Source of the DNA: a virus
Lineage: Duplodnaviria; Caudoviricetes
Strand: one strand, 5' to 3'
Length of the DNA: 55,166 nucleotides
IMG/VR virus record: IMGVR_UViG_3300032954_000016
Location: 1-55,166 of that record
Below, one piece after another: positions 8,887-18,498 of the stretch. Under the pieces are notes generated by a model. That model was not told where the DNA came from, did not search any database, and was given only the letters and a program-made list of their open reading frames with translations. The number at the start of each line of letters is the position of its first letter. Within the stretch, counting starts at the first letter, position 1. Position numbers and translations under genes: made by a program.

Positions 8887-9899
8887 GGTATGGTGATGGT
8901 CAGGGTGGCCGGCTTGCCGGACGGCTGGACGGCCCGGAACAGGACCGCCACCTGCGCCTGCGAGGCGTGCGGCGTGCCGCCGACCTGGTTCGAGAGCGCC
9001 GACTCCGCGAGGACGCTGTAGGTGGTGGCGACGTAGTAGGTCGCGGCGGCGGTCAGGCCGGTCACGGTGCAGTTGGTCGCCGCCGGGTCGGGCACGTTGA
9101 CCCGGCCGCCGGCCGGGTAGTGGTTGGTCCAGGTCCCGCTGACCGTCGACCAGTAGATGTACTCGCCGACGACGGTCGGGTCGGTCACCGGGTTCCAGCC
9201 GAGCGTCTGCGAGTACGCGACCGGGTTGCTGAACAGGCGCACGAGCGCCGCGTTCGAGACGACCACGCTGCCGACGCAGTTCGTCGCCAGCGTCACCCAG
9301 TTGGTCGGGCCGCACGCGTTCCGCGCCTGGAGGGCGAACGGGTTGGTGTTGCCGGTGACGGTGATGAGCGCGTCGGGGAACGGCGGGAAGATGAACATTT
9401 GAATGCCAGCCGCCGTCGCCGCGCCTTTGGGGGATTGCGCTTTGATTATTGGCGGGGGTTGATTCGCTCGCGGGTCATAGATGCTGGCGCGGTTTGTCTG
9501 TGAGGCGCAAGCCATCGGCAGGAGCAATAACGCAAGACAGGAAGCGCGTTCGCAGAAGCCTCGAATCCTCGAAAGTAAATGCTCGCGTCGGAGCTGAGAA
9601 ATGACATTCGTGAGATTGCCGTCACGCACGAACTTTTCCGAATCGGCCTGGATGAGCAGTTTCATGTCCCGCGTTCTTATCGGATGACTATTAAGATTGG
9701 AAAGTAATCGGTCGCGTATCTCAGCCATTGGCATAATCTCGATTGGCGAAGATTCTAGCGTTGGAGTCAGCGGTGCTTCGTTGTGCCTCAGTGCCGCTCG
9801 CTCTGCAAGCCTGCGTTGCCGTTCGGCGCGCGGCAGCTTCAGCCATGCCTTGCATTTGGCAACTTGCTGGCAGTTGATTGCTTGCTCAGAAGTCATCAC
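8883..9899 (-). CDS. Fibronectin type III domain protein (mosaic N-terminus; start uncertain)
   Basis: TLGWNPVTDPTVVGEYIYW...TVTGLTAAATYYVA...ESALSNQV Fn3 pattern; internal LALLLLPMAC hydrophobic stretch. Confidence 0.7.
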   Translation of the reverse strand: MMTSEQAINCQQVAKCKAWLKLPRAERQRRLAERAALRHNEAPLTPTLESSPIEIMPMAEIRDRLLSNLNSHPIRTRDMKLLIQADSEKFVRDGNLTNVISQLRREHLLSRIRGFCERASCLALLLLPMACASQTNRASIYDPRANQPPPIIKAQSPKGAATAAGIQMFIFPPFPDALITVTGNTNPFALQARNACGPTNWVTLATNCVGSVVVSNAALVRLFSNPVAYSQTLGWNPVTDPTVVGEYIYWSTVSGTWTNHYPAGGRVNVPDPAATNCTVTGLTAAATYYVATTYSVLAESALSNQVGGTPHASQAQVAVLFRAVQPSGKPATLTITIP

Positions 9900-9988
9900 T
9901 TATTTTGCAATGTTACATTGTTAATTAAATTGTTGGTGCTCGGCGCAGAGGCAGCACAGCAAAAGGATGGCGGCGAGGCGGGTCATGG

Positions 9989-12289
9989 CTAGAATGGCAC
10001 CGGCAAATGGCCGGATGTTGAATTGGCATTGGTGTCGGCGAATGGAACCAACCAAGAAGTGATGTTCGATGTTGTAATGAAACCGGGAATTGTTGCGTTA
10101 TATCGGATGTTCCCCCGCGCCCCGCTATACCAGCCGGGATTACCGTTCGTGCCGTTCATGGCGTAATACTCGGTAGCCCAAGCCGCCGATGACGGGTCGC
10201 TATGCAAATGCAAGACAACCATGTTGCTGTTCGCCCCTTCAATCGTCACACTGTCAATCACGTTCGACCCAAGGCTGTTGGTGTAGGTGAATCCATAATT
10301 CGGAGTGCCAACCACCAGCGTTGTGTCGGTTGTGAGGTTGCCTTGAGACATGACGTTGGTGATGGCTGACCCGGCTCTGAAGATGTTTGTGGGCCGAACA
10401 CAATCCCAACCGCTGCCCCACACTTCGTTGTAAAAAGCGTAAGCTGCCTTCTCGCCCTGAAACTGATACATGGTCGGGCCGCCCAGATGAACATTGTCAG
10501 ACCTGAACGATTCCATGTAGCGCGAGTCAATGATTTTGTTGCTTGGCCAATAGTCTCGAACCGCGTTGAGCATCCCCATATCTGAGTAAGGAAATGAAGC
10601 TGTCGCGGGATAATAATAAGATGACTCCATGAAGGACAGCATGTGCGGAGTGTTGGTCTGGCCGGTGATGGCCATAATATCAGCGGCAATGTTCTGTTCC
10701 CATTGAATCAGGTTAGCTTCATAAGTCGTCGTTGCCCGGTTAGCCTCACCATGACAGACCACAATTGCCCGAATGTTCAGTCCTGCTCCGAAGATATTGC
10801 TGACCACAGATTGAGATTTGGCAAGGTCATTCAAACAATGCTGATAAACATTGGTGATAACATTTCCTCCGGGGCTGAGTAACATCAGCATGTTCGTGCT
10901 GTTCTTTTGCAGGGCTTCATAGGCCGCACCCGCCGCTGCCCAGTTGATGACAAAAATGCTGTTTGTGTCCATGCCGATGCCGTTAGTGAACGGGCCAGAT
11001 AAACCATTGGTTCTTAGATAGTGAAGTTCATCGGCGAAAGCACGCCATCCAGTGTCCGCCCCTGACTCTACGTAACCTGCAATCGTTGACCGCGCACTGA
11101 TTGTATTTGTGACGAAGGCCGACTGAGCACCCGGATTTCCTGTAACAGTTGCGGTCGGAACAGTCTCGCCGCCGCAATAAAGTGCCCACGGCACTTGATT
11201 GCTCCCATTGATTGCACCAAGGCTTTGAGTTCCGGTTCCACCTGCTACTGCTAATGATTGACCCAAAATCAGCACCGCATCTAACGGCTGTGGATAGTAG
11301 GCGGTTCTACCTAAACGCTGTTCGATGCCCTGAACCATTGTGTAATACGCCCCCAGCAAGTCAGTTGGAATACCTGAATCCCACATGGCCCATGCCACTG
11401 GAATGTTGGTAGATGGGTTGCTGACGCCGGAAAAGAAATTGTCGCGGGCAAGAACATAAGGGGACGCGGCGTAAAACACGCCAGACAACGAATTGGCACT
11501 GGTGTCATGTTGATGAATCAAGCCGTTCTGATAAATATATTCATTGTTGGTGGCCAACCGTGTGAATCCGAAGAGACCCGCACCAAGCATGTATTTGGGC
11601 GGGTTGGCTGGCGTAATAGACGAGAGATTTCCAACAACGGTTTTGACTGCAATATCGCCGCCAGCCCCACTCGGTAATATATTAAGGGTGCTACCGCCGT
11701 TGATACAGCCCATGATGCCTTCCGTGAGTGTGTAAAGAAGATTGGTGGTCGGGTAGGTCAGCCACAGAGCAAATCCGTTTGTTCCAATCCCCCAGTTTGT
11801 GTAGTTCATGCTCAGGGCACGGACAGTAGGATTGTTGAAGCCGGATTGCCGCGTGTAGTCTGAAGCAAGCAGCCCCCCGGCAGGACTGGCATTTGTGGCG
11901 ATGAAACTGACGTTGGTTCCCGGCACCAGATAGGTATAAGCAGCATTGGTCTGGTTCCCGGCGAACGGGCCACCGCATAGGAAGTATGACCACAAACTTT
12001 GGCCGGTAGATGCGCTATTGGTGTTCTTGGCAAAGTTCACGCCCCAATCCACGGCTTGCAAATCGCTGGCTGAAATCGTGCCGCCTTTGTTTGTGATGTT
12101 CGCGCCATAGACCAGTGTTTCAGTCTGGTAGCTGTAGCCGGAAGCAACTGTTGGCGGATACGGCCCGCCAACCCAAATCGCCTGCCCTACCCAAATTGGA
12201 TTTTGGGCCAGCGCAGTCAGCGAAACCAACAGCAGAAGTGCTATTGATTGGTATAGACGAGTTGTGCGAATACGTTTGTGGTTCCCCAT
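9989..12289 (-). CDS. Secreted/tail-spike-like protein with SGNH (sialate O-acetylesterase-like) domain
   Basis: ILGQSLA block I, CHGEAN block III, DNVH catalytic motif; signal peptide IALLLLVSLTALA; low GC. Confidence 0.75.
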   Translation of the reverse strand: MGNHKRIRTTRLYQSIALLLLVSLTALAQNPIWVGQAIWVGGPYPPTVASGYSYQTETLVYGANITNKGGTISASDLQAVDWGVNFAKNTNSASTGQSLWSYFLCGGPFAGNQTNAAYTYLVPGTNVSFIATNASPAGGLLASDYTRQSGFNNPTVRALSMNYTNWGIGTNGFALWLTYPTTNLLYTLTEGIMGCINGGSTLNILPSGAGGDIAVKTVVGNLSSITPANPPKYMLGAGLFGFTRLATNNEYIYQNGLIHQHDTSANSLSGVFYAASPYVLARDNFFSGVSNPSTNIPVAWAMWDSGIPTDLLGAYYTMVQGIEQRLGRTAYYPQPLDAVLILGQSLAVAGGTGTQSLGAINGSNQVPWALYCGGETVPTATVTGNPGAQSAFVTNTISARSTIAGYVESGADTGWRAFADELHYLRTNGLSGPFTNGIGMDTNSIFVINWAAAGAAYEALQKNSTNMLMLLSPGGNVITNVYQHCLNDLAKSQSVVSNIFGAGLNIRAIVVCHGEANRATTTYEANLIQWEQNIAADIMAITGQTNTPHMLSFMESSYYYPATASFPYSDMGMLNAVRDYWPSNKIIDSRYMESFRSDNVHLGGPTMYQFQGEKAAYAFYNEVWGSGWDCVRPTNIFRAGSAITNVMSQGNLTTDTTLVVGTPNYGFTYTNSLGSNVIDSVTIEGANSNMVVLHLHSDPSSAAWATEYYAMNGTNGNPGWYSGARGNIRYNATIPGFITTSNITSWLVPFADTNANSTSGHLPVPF

Positions 12290-14448
12290 AACCCGGCTGG
12301 GATTAAGATTGGAGAAACGTGATTGGTTGGGAATGGGCTTACAAAAGCACCTGCCATATTTGCGCCATTCAGGTTCGTCAGCCCGGAGCCGTTGCCAGAA
12401 ATGGCATAACCATTTGAGACCGATAAATTCCCGGCGACCGTCACATCGCCGTTGATGGCGGGATAAGCCCACGGTCTGACAGTTGTTCCCGCAAGGTTTG
12501 TCCAGGTTACGGCGTTTCCGTCAGGTCGCGTGGGTTTTATTATTGCCAATGCGGACGCAGCGTTAAGCCCAATGTCCATTGACAGCGGGTTGGTGCAAGT
12601 TGTGGTATCAATCATCAAGTCGTCCTGTGCGATGAACTCGCCCGCAGCTATGGCTGAGGTAGAAGCGACACCATAAACGGTTGTGTTGGCTGAGTTGGTG
12701 ATGCCTTGTTCGTTCACATAAATGGTGCAGCCGCTGTGAACCTTAAATGTGCCCGCCGCCGCGCCTTTCAACCGGATTCCAGCACGGGTTTCGGTAAAGG
12801 TTGTGGTCTGATTGTTTGTGCCAACCATCCTTGTGCCCCAAAGGTCGTAAACGTATCCCGAAGATGGGACAGGAACAAAGGCATCCTCACCAAAATAAGC
12901 CGTGCAATCTCGAATGACAACTGACCCGCCGGGCTTACTCGCCGCGCCCATTCGCCAGCAGGATACGTTGTCCCAAGCTATGACGTCTTGAAAATACTCG
13001 TTCGTTCCGGCGCTGGCAGGATACGTGCCGAAAATGTTAGCAGAGTTCCCTTGGTTTGGATAATATACGCCAATCCAAGTGCCACCAATTATGGAGCAAC
13101 CGTCGTCGAGTTCGATTTGAGAAGCTGGTCCGCTGCTGACATTGTTTGATAATGAATAGATTACGCCAGGGTTGGCTATGATAGTTACGTGTGGAGGAAA
13201 ATATAATGCACCTGCAGTTGTGGTATTCGTTGGGTCGCACGGATCAACTGGATATGTTCCTGCGTTCACAATAATTGTGTCGCCGGGCTGTGTTATTTGG
13301 TTGGTAAAAATCTGACAGAGCAACCCGAACGGCTTGGTTTGGTTGCCGCGAACACCATTTAGAGTTCCAGATGGGTCAACCCAAATCGTCTGCGCGTTTG
13401 TAAACGTGAGTGTCCCGGCTGTGGTGGCGTAGGTGGCTGTGGATGCGTTGCCGGACGTGTTGTTGGTCAGGCTCCCGGTGACGTTCGTGGCCGTGCCGTT
13501 GAGCGGGCCGGCGAGCTGGCTGCTGGTTACCGCGCCGCCCATGAACGTGCCGCCGACGAAGCTGCCGGCGGTCACCGGGCCGCTGGCGGTCACACTGCTC
13601 ACACTGACGCCGTTGCCGCTCAGTGTGCCCGACCCGACGTTTATGTTGAGGTTGCCCGGGGCGCTCGGCCCGATGCTGTTGGCGGTGATGGCGTTGCCCG
13701 CCATCGTGTTGAACGCGAGCCCGTTCATCAGCACGTTGCTCCCGCCGCCGATGGCGAACGCGCCCGAGACGGTCGGGGCCAGCGACGAGACCGGGGCCGG
13801 CAGCAGGCCGTAGGTGGACTGCGCCCACGTCCCGACGAAGGTGCTCGCCAGGTTGTAGTGCTCCTGGCCGTTGGCCGCCAGGATGCGCCAGGCGTTGTTG
13901 TTGCTGACGACGAAGCTCTGCGCCACGTAGTTGGTGAACGCCAGCGGCGCGGTCTGCGTGTACCAGCCGAGCACGGAGTCGCCGCTGGAGCTCTGGAGCA
14001 GGAACTGGTTGCTGACGACCTGGATGGCCATGCCGCCGAGCGTCCACGACCCGAGCACGACCTGGTTGCTGGCGGTCAGCGTCCCGTTGTTGGTCTCCGG
14101 CCCGTTGTAGACATTGGTCCCGGTATAGGTGTTGAGGCCGTTGGTGGTCGCCACCTGCCCGGCGTGCAGCGTCGCGGCGGTGTCGGGCGGGATAAAGATG
14201 TTGGTGCCGGAGCTGTTGGTCGGGGCGGCGTTGAGGATGCCCTGCTGCTGCGGCGTCAGGGCGTTGGTGTTGCCGCCGGCCGACCCGAGGAGCGGGTTGG
14301 CCTGCGCGATCCCGTTGGCGTTGGTCGGCCCCGTTATGACCATGTTGGTGTCCACCATTATGGCGTAGAGCGGGCTGGAGGCGGCCCGGCAGACGGCCGC
14401 GGCGCCGAGCAGCGCGAGGGCGGCGGCGAGTAGTGTCTTGGTCTTCAT
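12241..14448 (-). CDS. Tail fibre/spike-like protein with signal peptide and C-terminal pectin-lyase-like beta-helix
   Basis: MKTKTLLAAALALLGAAAVCRA signal; IWVDPSG..GNQTKPF..PGDTIIVNAGTY beta-helix cap; GNGSGLTNLN fibre motif; ATGA-coupled start. Confidence 0.7.
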   Translation of the reverse strand: MKTKTLLAAALALLGAAAVCRAASSPLYAIMVDTNMVITGPTNANGIAQANPLLGSAGGNTNALTPQQQGILNAAPTNSSGTNIFIPPDTAATLHAGQVATTNGLNTYTGTNVYNGPETNNGTLTASNQVVLGSWTLGGMAIQVVSNQFLLQSSSGDSVLGWYTQTAPLAFTNYVAQSFVVSNNNAWRILAANGQEHYNLASTFVGTWAQSTYGLLPAPVSSLAPTVSGAFAIGGGSNVLMNGLAFNTMAGNAITANSIGPSAPGNLNINVGSGTLSGNGVSVSSVTASGPVTAGSFVGGTFMGGAVTSSQLAGPLNGTATNVTGSLTNNTSGNASTATYATTAGTLTFTNAQTIWVDPSGTLNGVRGNQTKPFGLLCQIFTNQITQPGDTIIVNAGTYPVDPCDPTNTTTAGALYFPPHVTIIANPGVIYSLSNNVSSGPASQIELDDGCSIIGGTWIGVYYPNQGNSANIFGTYPASAGTNEYFQDVIAWDNVSCWRMGAASKPGGSVVIRDCTAYFGEDAFVPVPSSGYVYDLWGTRMVGTNNQTTTFTETRAGIRLKGAAAGTFKVHSGCTIYVNEQGITNSANTTVYGVASTSAIAAGEFIAQDDLMIDTTTCTNPLSMDIGLNAASALAIIKPTRPDGNAVTWTNLAGTTVRPWAYPAINGDVTVAGNLSVSNGYAISGNGSGLTNLNGANMAGAFVSPFPTNHVSPILIPAGLWGTTNVFAQLVYTNQ

Positions 14449-15086
14449 GGCGATGTGCTCCCGTCCGGGTTCGGGCAGTAGCCGCCCCCGGCGTTGGTTA
14501 GGGCCCAGCGGCGGTACTTGCCGTCCGGGCAAAGGTACGACTGGTAGCCGAGCACGCTCGGCGAGGCCAGCGGGTTGGTGACCGGTATCCCGGTGTCGAA
14601 CAGCGACACCTGGAAGAAGGCCAGCGTGACGTACTTGGCCGTCGAGTCGTTGGTCACGCCGTAGATGCAGCACCAGAACTGGTTGCTGCCGGCGACGCTC
14701 AGCGTGTTCCAGACCGAGGCCGGCACGGCGAGGTTGACCTGCTGCTGGCTGCCGTTGGCCCAGTTGGCCGCGGTGAGCGCCGGGCTGCCGCCGCCCGGGG
14801 CCGTTATGTTGGCGTTGAGCACCGTCTGGCTCCAGTAGGTCGTGCCCTCGTGCGGCGTGCCGCTGGCCTGGAGCGCGACGACGATGGACGCGAGGTTGGT
14901 CGGGTCGATGATCGTGCCGTCGGCGAGCGTCCCGACGCTGAACACCATCTGCCACAGCAGGTCCGCGCCGGTCGCCAGCATGATGGTGGCGCCGGTCGTC
15001 GCGTCCTGCGGCGCGGTCCCGGTGAGCGCCTTGGTCACGTCGAACGCCGTCCGAATCGTCTGCGCTGTCCTTTGCGGGTTGGCCAT
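14445..15086 (-). CDS. Putative baseplate/tail protein
   Basis: Beta-rich ORF in tail operon preceding fibre genes. Confidence 0.55.
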   Translation of the reverse strand: MANPQRTAQTIRTAFDVTKALTGTAPQDATTGATIMLATGADLLWQMVFSVGTLADGTIIDPTNLASIVVALQASGTPHEGTTYWSQTVLNANITAPGGGSPALTAANWANGSQQQVNLAVPASVWNTLSVAGSNQFWCCIYGVTNDSTAKYVTLAFFQVSLFDTGIPVTNPLASPSVLGYQSYLCPDGKYRRWALTNAGGGYCPNPDGSTSP

Positions 15087-15089
15087 AGG

Positions 15090-15542
15090 TCAAGGGGATG
15101 TCGTGGTCACGGCCTGCGTCTTGAAGGTGAACGAGTGCACCACCCGGGCGCCGGCCACGTCGGCGTCGTAGGACTCCAGGCTGCCGTAGGGGTAGTACTC
15201 GGTCTCGTCGTCCTGCACCACCTGCAGGTGGACCTTGGCCCCGGCGAAGGTCGACTGCATGAGGCGCGTGCTCTTGACGGCCGCCGCCAGGGCCGACCCG
15301 CCGCCGGACGCGGAGTAGCTGGCCTCGAACCGCCACGAGAGCGTCACCGCGGCGTTGGCCTGCGGCTGCACCGTCTGCGACGGGGCGCCGAAGCCGGGCG
15401 CCGAGTAGTTGAGCATCCGCAGGGACACCTTGTACTCGGGCATCAGGTCCGGCACGCCGAGCAGCGCGCCCGCGGCCACGTCGAACAGCGTGGACCACTG
15501 CGCCTGCCCCGCGATTTTGTAGAGCACCTTCATGGCCGTCAC
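15090..15542 (-). CDS. Putative tail protein
   Basis: Coupled to tail tube gene; position. Confidence 0.55.
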   Translation of the reverse strand: MTAMKVLYKIAGQAQWSTLFDVAAGALLGVPDLMPEYKVSLRMLNYSAPGFGAPSQTVQPQANAAVTLSWRFEASYSASGGGSALAAAVKSTRLMQSTFAGAKVHLQVVQDDETEYYPYGSLESYDADVAGARVVHSFTFKTQAVTTTSP

Positions 15543-16585
15543 GCGCTGAACACCAGGGCGGCGGCCGGCACCGCGCCGGACCCCGCCACGAGCTTGGGCA
15601 CGAACGCCACCTCGCCGGTGCCTAGCTTGGTCCCGCCGAACTCGAACCCGCCGGCCTCGATGACCGCCTCACAGTTCTTGAGCGTCAGGGTCTTGGAGGA
15701 CGGCCCGCTGAGCACCAGGTCGGCCGCGGAGCCCTCGGTCAGGACCGCGCCCTGCGCGAGCGCGGTGACCTTGGCCAGGAGCTGCGTGTGCGTCGGACCG
15801 GTCAGCCGCGCCTTGACCATGAACCGCACGCCGTCGAACGTGCAGTGGTAGGTCCGTCCCTGGCTCTGCTTCATCGAGTACCTGGCGTCGACGACCAGCT
15901 CCCAGCCGTCCTCGGCGTCGAGCGCCGTGAAGTTGGAGATGGCGCCCCACGCGCCGGTCCAGTGGCCGTTGATGAAGTCGGTCGTGCCGTAGGCCGGCAC
16001 CGTCCCCGAGCCGGACGGGTCGGAGGCCGAGGACTCGACGATCCCGGTCGTCCCGGCCGAGCCGGCGGCGTGCGCCGAGGTGTCGAACAGCTCGCCGCCC
16101 GCGCCGATCGCCAGGGCCGGGTCCATGAGCGCGCCGATGTCCATCGCGGTGAACAGCGGCTTGCCGACCCCGAGGTGCATCCCGGGCGGGCGGATGATGG
16201 CCGTGCGCACGGCGCGGTACGTGCGCCCGTCGGGCGTCCAGACCAGCGTCGGCGCGCAGCCGTTGGCGGCGCCGGCGGCCACGTCGAACGGCCGCGTGCC
16301 GCACAGCAGCGCCGCCGAGTTCGAGCCGGTCGTCACCCCGAGGTACGTCGGGTAGAGCACCGGCAGCAGCGCCCAGCAGTCGAACGGCGTCAGCGTTATC
16401 CTGCCGGTGACGTCGTCGATGGTCGACGCGGTGTAGCCGTAGCTCGCGTTGTAGCGCGGCGTGACCTTGGTGTTGACGTTGATGTTGACCATCCCCGCCT
16501 CGCCCTCGGCGTGGAGGATGTAGACCGTGCCCGCGAAGGTGTGCGCCACCTTGCCGGGGCCGTAGTAGAGTGTCGGTGCTGCCAT
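15539..16585 (-). CDS. Putative major tail (tube) protein
   Basis: LYYGPGKV N-terminal motif typical of tube proteins; GAAAGG RBS and own promoter. Confidence 0.65.
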   Translation of the reverse strand: MAAPTLYYGPGKVAHTFAGTVYILHAEGEAGMVNINVNTKVTPRYNASYGYTASTIDDVTGRITLTPFDCWALLPVLYPTYLGVTTGSNSAALLCGTRPFDVAAGAANGCAPTLVWTPDGRTYRAVRTAIIRPPGMHLGVGKPLFTAMDIGALMDPALAIGAGGELFDTSAHAAGSAGTTGIVESSASDPSGSGTVPAYGTTDFINGHWTGAWGAISNFTALDAEDGWELVVDARYSMKQSQGRTYHCTFDGVRFMVKARLTGPTHTQLLAKVTALAQGAVLTEGSAADLVLSGPSSKTLTLKNCEAVIEAGGFEFGGTKLGTGEVAFVPKLVAGSGAVPAAALVFSA

Positions 16586-16608
16586 AGTCGTTTACCTTTC
16601 GTCGTTCA

Positions 16609-16637
16609 GCCTATTTTTTGTCGCGCCGTCCATTCAA
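16609..16637 (-). promoter_or_regulatory. Putative late promoter TTGAAT-N11-CAAAAAATA
   Basis: Same architecture as element upstream of portal. Confidence 0.5.
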
Positions 16638-16646
16638 TGTTTTTCC

Positions 16647-17567
16647 TCAGGGCGGGTCGTCGCTCGTGGTCGCGACTCCGCCCTTGATGTACAGGTACTT
16701 CGCCAACCCGGTCAGCGAGTCCACCATCCGCCAGGACGGCATGCCGACCGAGTTGTAGTTGACCACGATGGTCCCGCCGTAGATCGAGATGGGCAGCGCC
16801 GTCGCCGGCGTCGAGTCCACCGGCGCGTATGCCGTGGCCGAGCCGAGCTTGCCGGCGCCGTAGGCCCGCGCCCGCACGACCTGGCCGGTGCCCGGCGCCG
16901 TCGCGACCGACGCCCCGGTGTAGAGCTGGGCCGTGGACGCCTCGCCGCTGCTGGTCGGCCCGGTGAAGTTGTACGGGAACGAGCCGTCGAGCGTGTACCA
17001 TATCGCCGCGCCCATGTCCGCGGCGCACACGAAGTCCGCGGTCCCGGCCCCGAGCACGACCGTCACCTGGCCGGTCCGCTGCGTCTGGACGTTCTTGGCC
17101 TTCTTGAGCTGGAACCGGAGCCGGTAGCCGAGCGCGACCGTGCCGAGCGGCGCGGCCACGTGCGACTGCGGCGCCGGCACGAACGTCGAGAGCCGGTCGT
17201 CCGCGTAGTGGTGGACCTCGTCGAAGATCATCTGCATCGTCGCCTCGCACGACCCGCCCGTCCCCTTGGCCGGCAGCCCCGGCTGCGCCAGCGCCGCGGA
17301 GAGCTGCGGCGACTCCAGCACCCACACCGGGAACACCCAGTCCATGATCGGGCCGGGCACGTTCTGCTCCTCGCAGGTCGACTCGGGCATCTCGACGATG
17401 ACGCACTGGCCGGCGCACCCGTTGCGCGGCGTCGTCAGGGCCGTGGCCACGTAGGTCTCGGAGACGAGCTGCTCCTTGCGCTGGAGCACGACGTTGTAGC
17501 TGGCGAGCTGCGCCGAGCTGGCGAGCACGCCGAACAGGTCCTTCTGCGCCTGGAGGAGGTCGAGCAT
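16647..17567 (-). CDS. Tail completion-like protein with C-terminal Fn3-like (chitobiase C-terminal type) domain
   Basis: AAIWYTLDGSFP...YTG...VVRARAY motif; position before tail tube; TGATG coupling. Confidence 0.65.
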   Translation of the reverse strand: MLDLLQAQKDLFGVLASSAQLASYNVVLQRKEQLVSETYVATALTTPRNGCAGQCVIVEMPESTCEEQNVPGPIMDWVFPVWVLESPQLSAALAQPGLPAKGTGGSCEATMQMIFDEVHHYADDRLSTFVPAPQSHVAAPLGTVALGYRLRFQLKKAKNVQTQRTGQVTVVLGAGTADFVCAADMGAAIWYTLDGSFPYNFTGPTSSGEASTAQLYTGASVATAPGTGQVVRARAYGAGKLGSATAYAPVDSTPATALPISIYGGTIVVNYNSVGMPSWRMVDSLTGLAKYLYIKGGVATTSDDPP

Positions 17568-17845
17568 CAGCGGGCCTCCATTTCCACGGTGTTCGTCGCG
17601 CCGGGCAGGAACCTGGACGACTGGCAGAACCCGGCGACCTGCAGGCGCCCGTTGATGTCGAACAGCACCGGCTCGCCGCCCACCAGCGGCAGGCAGGACA
17701 GCTTGTCGTCGGCGGCCACCCGCGGCAGCTCGACGCAGAGCCACGGCAGCACCGGCCGCTGCGGCCGCAGCGCCTCGGCCCGCACGCACAGCGCCACGAA
17801 CGCCGCCAGGGCGAGCCACGCCAGGTTTGAAAGCCTCACGCTCAT
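17567..17845 (-). CDS. Small signal-peptide-bearing protein
   Basis: MSVRLSNLAWLALAAFVALCVRA; coupled on both sides. Confidence 0.55.
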   Translation of the reverse strand: MSVRLSNLAWLALAAFVALCVRAEALRPQRPVLPWLCVELPRVAADDKLSCLPLVGGEPVLFDINGRLQVAGFCQSSRFLPGATNTVEMEAR

Positions 17846-18498
17846 CAGTTGTTCATCCTCCCGCCCATGAGCTTCCGCACGCCGTCCTCCAGCGCGGCCT
17901 TGACCGCCGCCAGGTACGCCTCGCGGCTCGGCAGCACCTCGGGCTTGGCGTCCTGCTCGACCTCGGGCACCAGCCAGTAGGCGACCATCATCGCCGAGCG
18001 CGCCCCGATCCCCTTGGACCGCGAGCGCCCGGTCGAGAAGTCGACCAGCGACGCGCCGCCCTGCTGGATGTAGAGGAACTTGGCCCCGGAGCGGAACATG
18101 CCGAACCTGAGCCCCTCGAACTCGCCGGCGCGGTGGCCGTAGAACTCGGCGCGGGCCGGCACCGTCAGCAGCTTGTCGGTCGCGGCGATGCGCGTCTTGC
18201 CCGGGACGCCACCGTTGTACTGGTGCTTCATGGCGCCCGGCGCGTCCGGGTTGTCCACCAGCACCCGCACCCCGTCGAGCGTCGGCTCCCACGCCGTGCC
18301 GCGGGCCGCGCCATCGTAGAACCCCTGCGACGGCCAGCCCTGGCGGTTGGGCGGCAGCCCACGCAGCCAGCCCTGCGTCAACGAGGTCGCCGCGGCGCCC
18401 ACGTGGCGGCGCAGCGCCGACGAGGCCAGCGCCAGCATGAGCTGCGCGACCGCCGGCGAGGCGGCGTCCTTGGTGACGTCTATGGTCAGGTCGTTCAC
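17845..18498 (-). CDS. Virion morphogenesis/neck protein (Mu gpG-like)
   Basis: GTG start (MNDLTIDVTKDAASP); HQYNGG...KLLTVP motif; position. Confidence 0.6.
   Translation of the reverse strand: MNDLTIDVTKDAASPAVAQLMLALASSALRRHVGAAATSLTQGWLRGLPPNRQGWPSQGFYDGAARGTAWEPTLDGVRVLVDNPDAPGAMKHQYNGGVPGKTRIAATDKLLTVPARAEFYGHRAGEFEGLRFGMFRSGAKFLYIQQGGASLVDFSTGRSRSKGIGARSAMMVAYWLVPEVEQDAKPEVLPSREAYLAAVKAALEDGVRKLMGGRMNN

Noticed and set aside
9896-9986. Tiny ORF MTRLAAILLLCCLCAEHQQFN
   Set aside because: Only 21 codons; likely a signal-peptide remnant of a disrupted gene, not supportable as a CDS
9989-14448. Diversity-generating retroelement targeting fibre genes
   Set aside because: No reverse transcriptase and no TR/VR repeat pair seen
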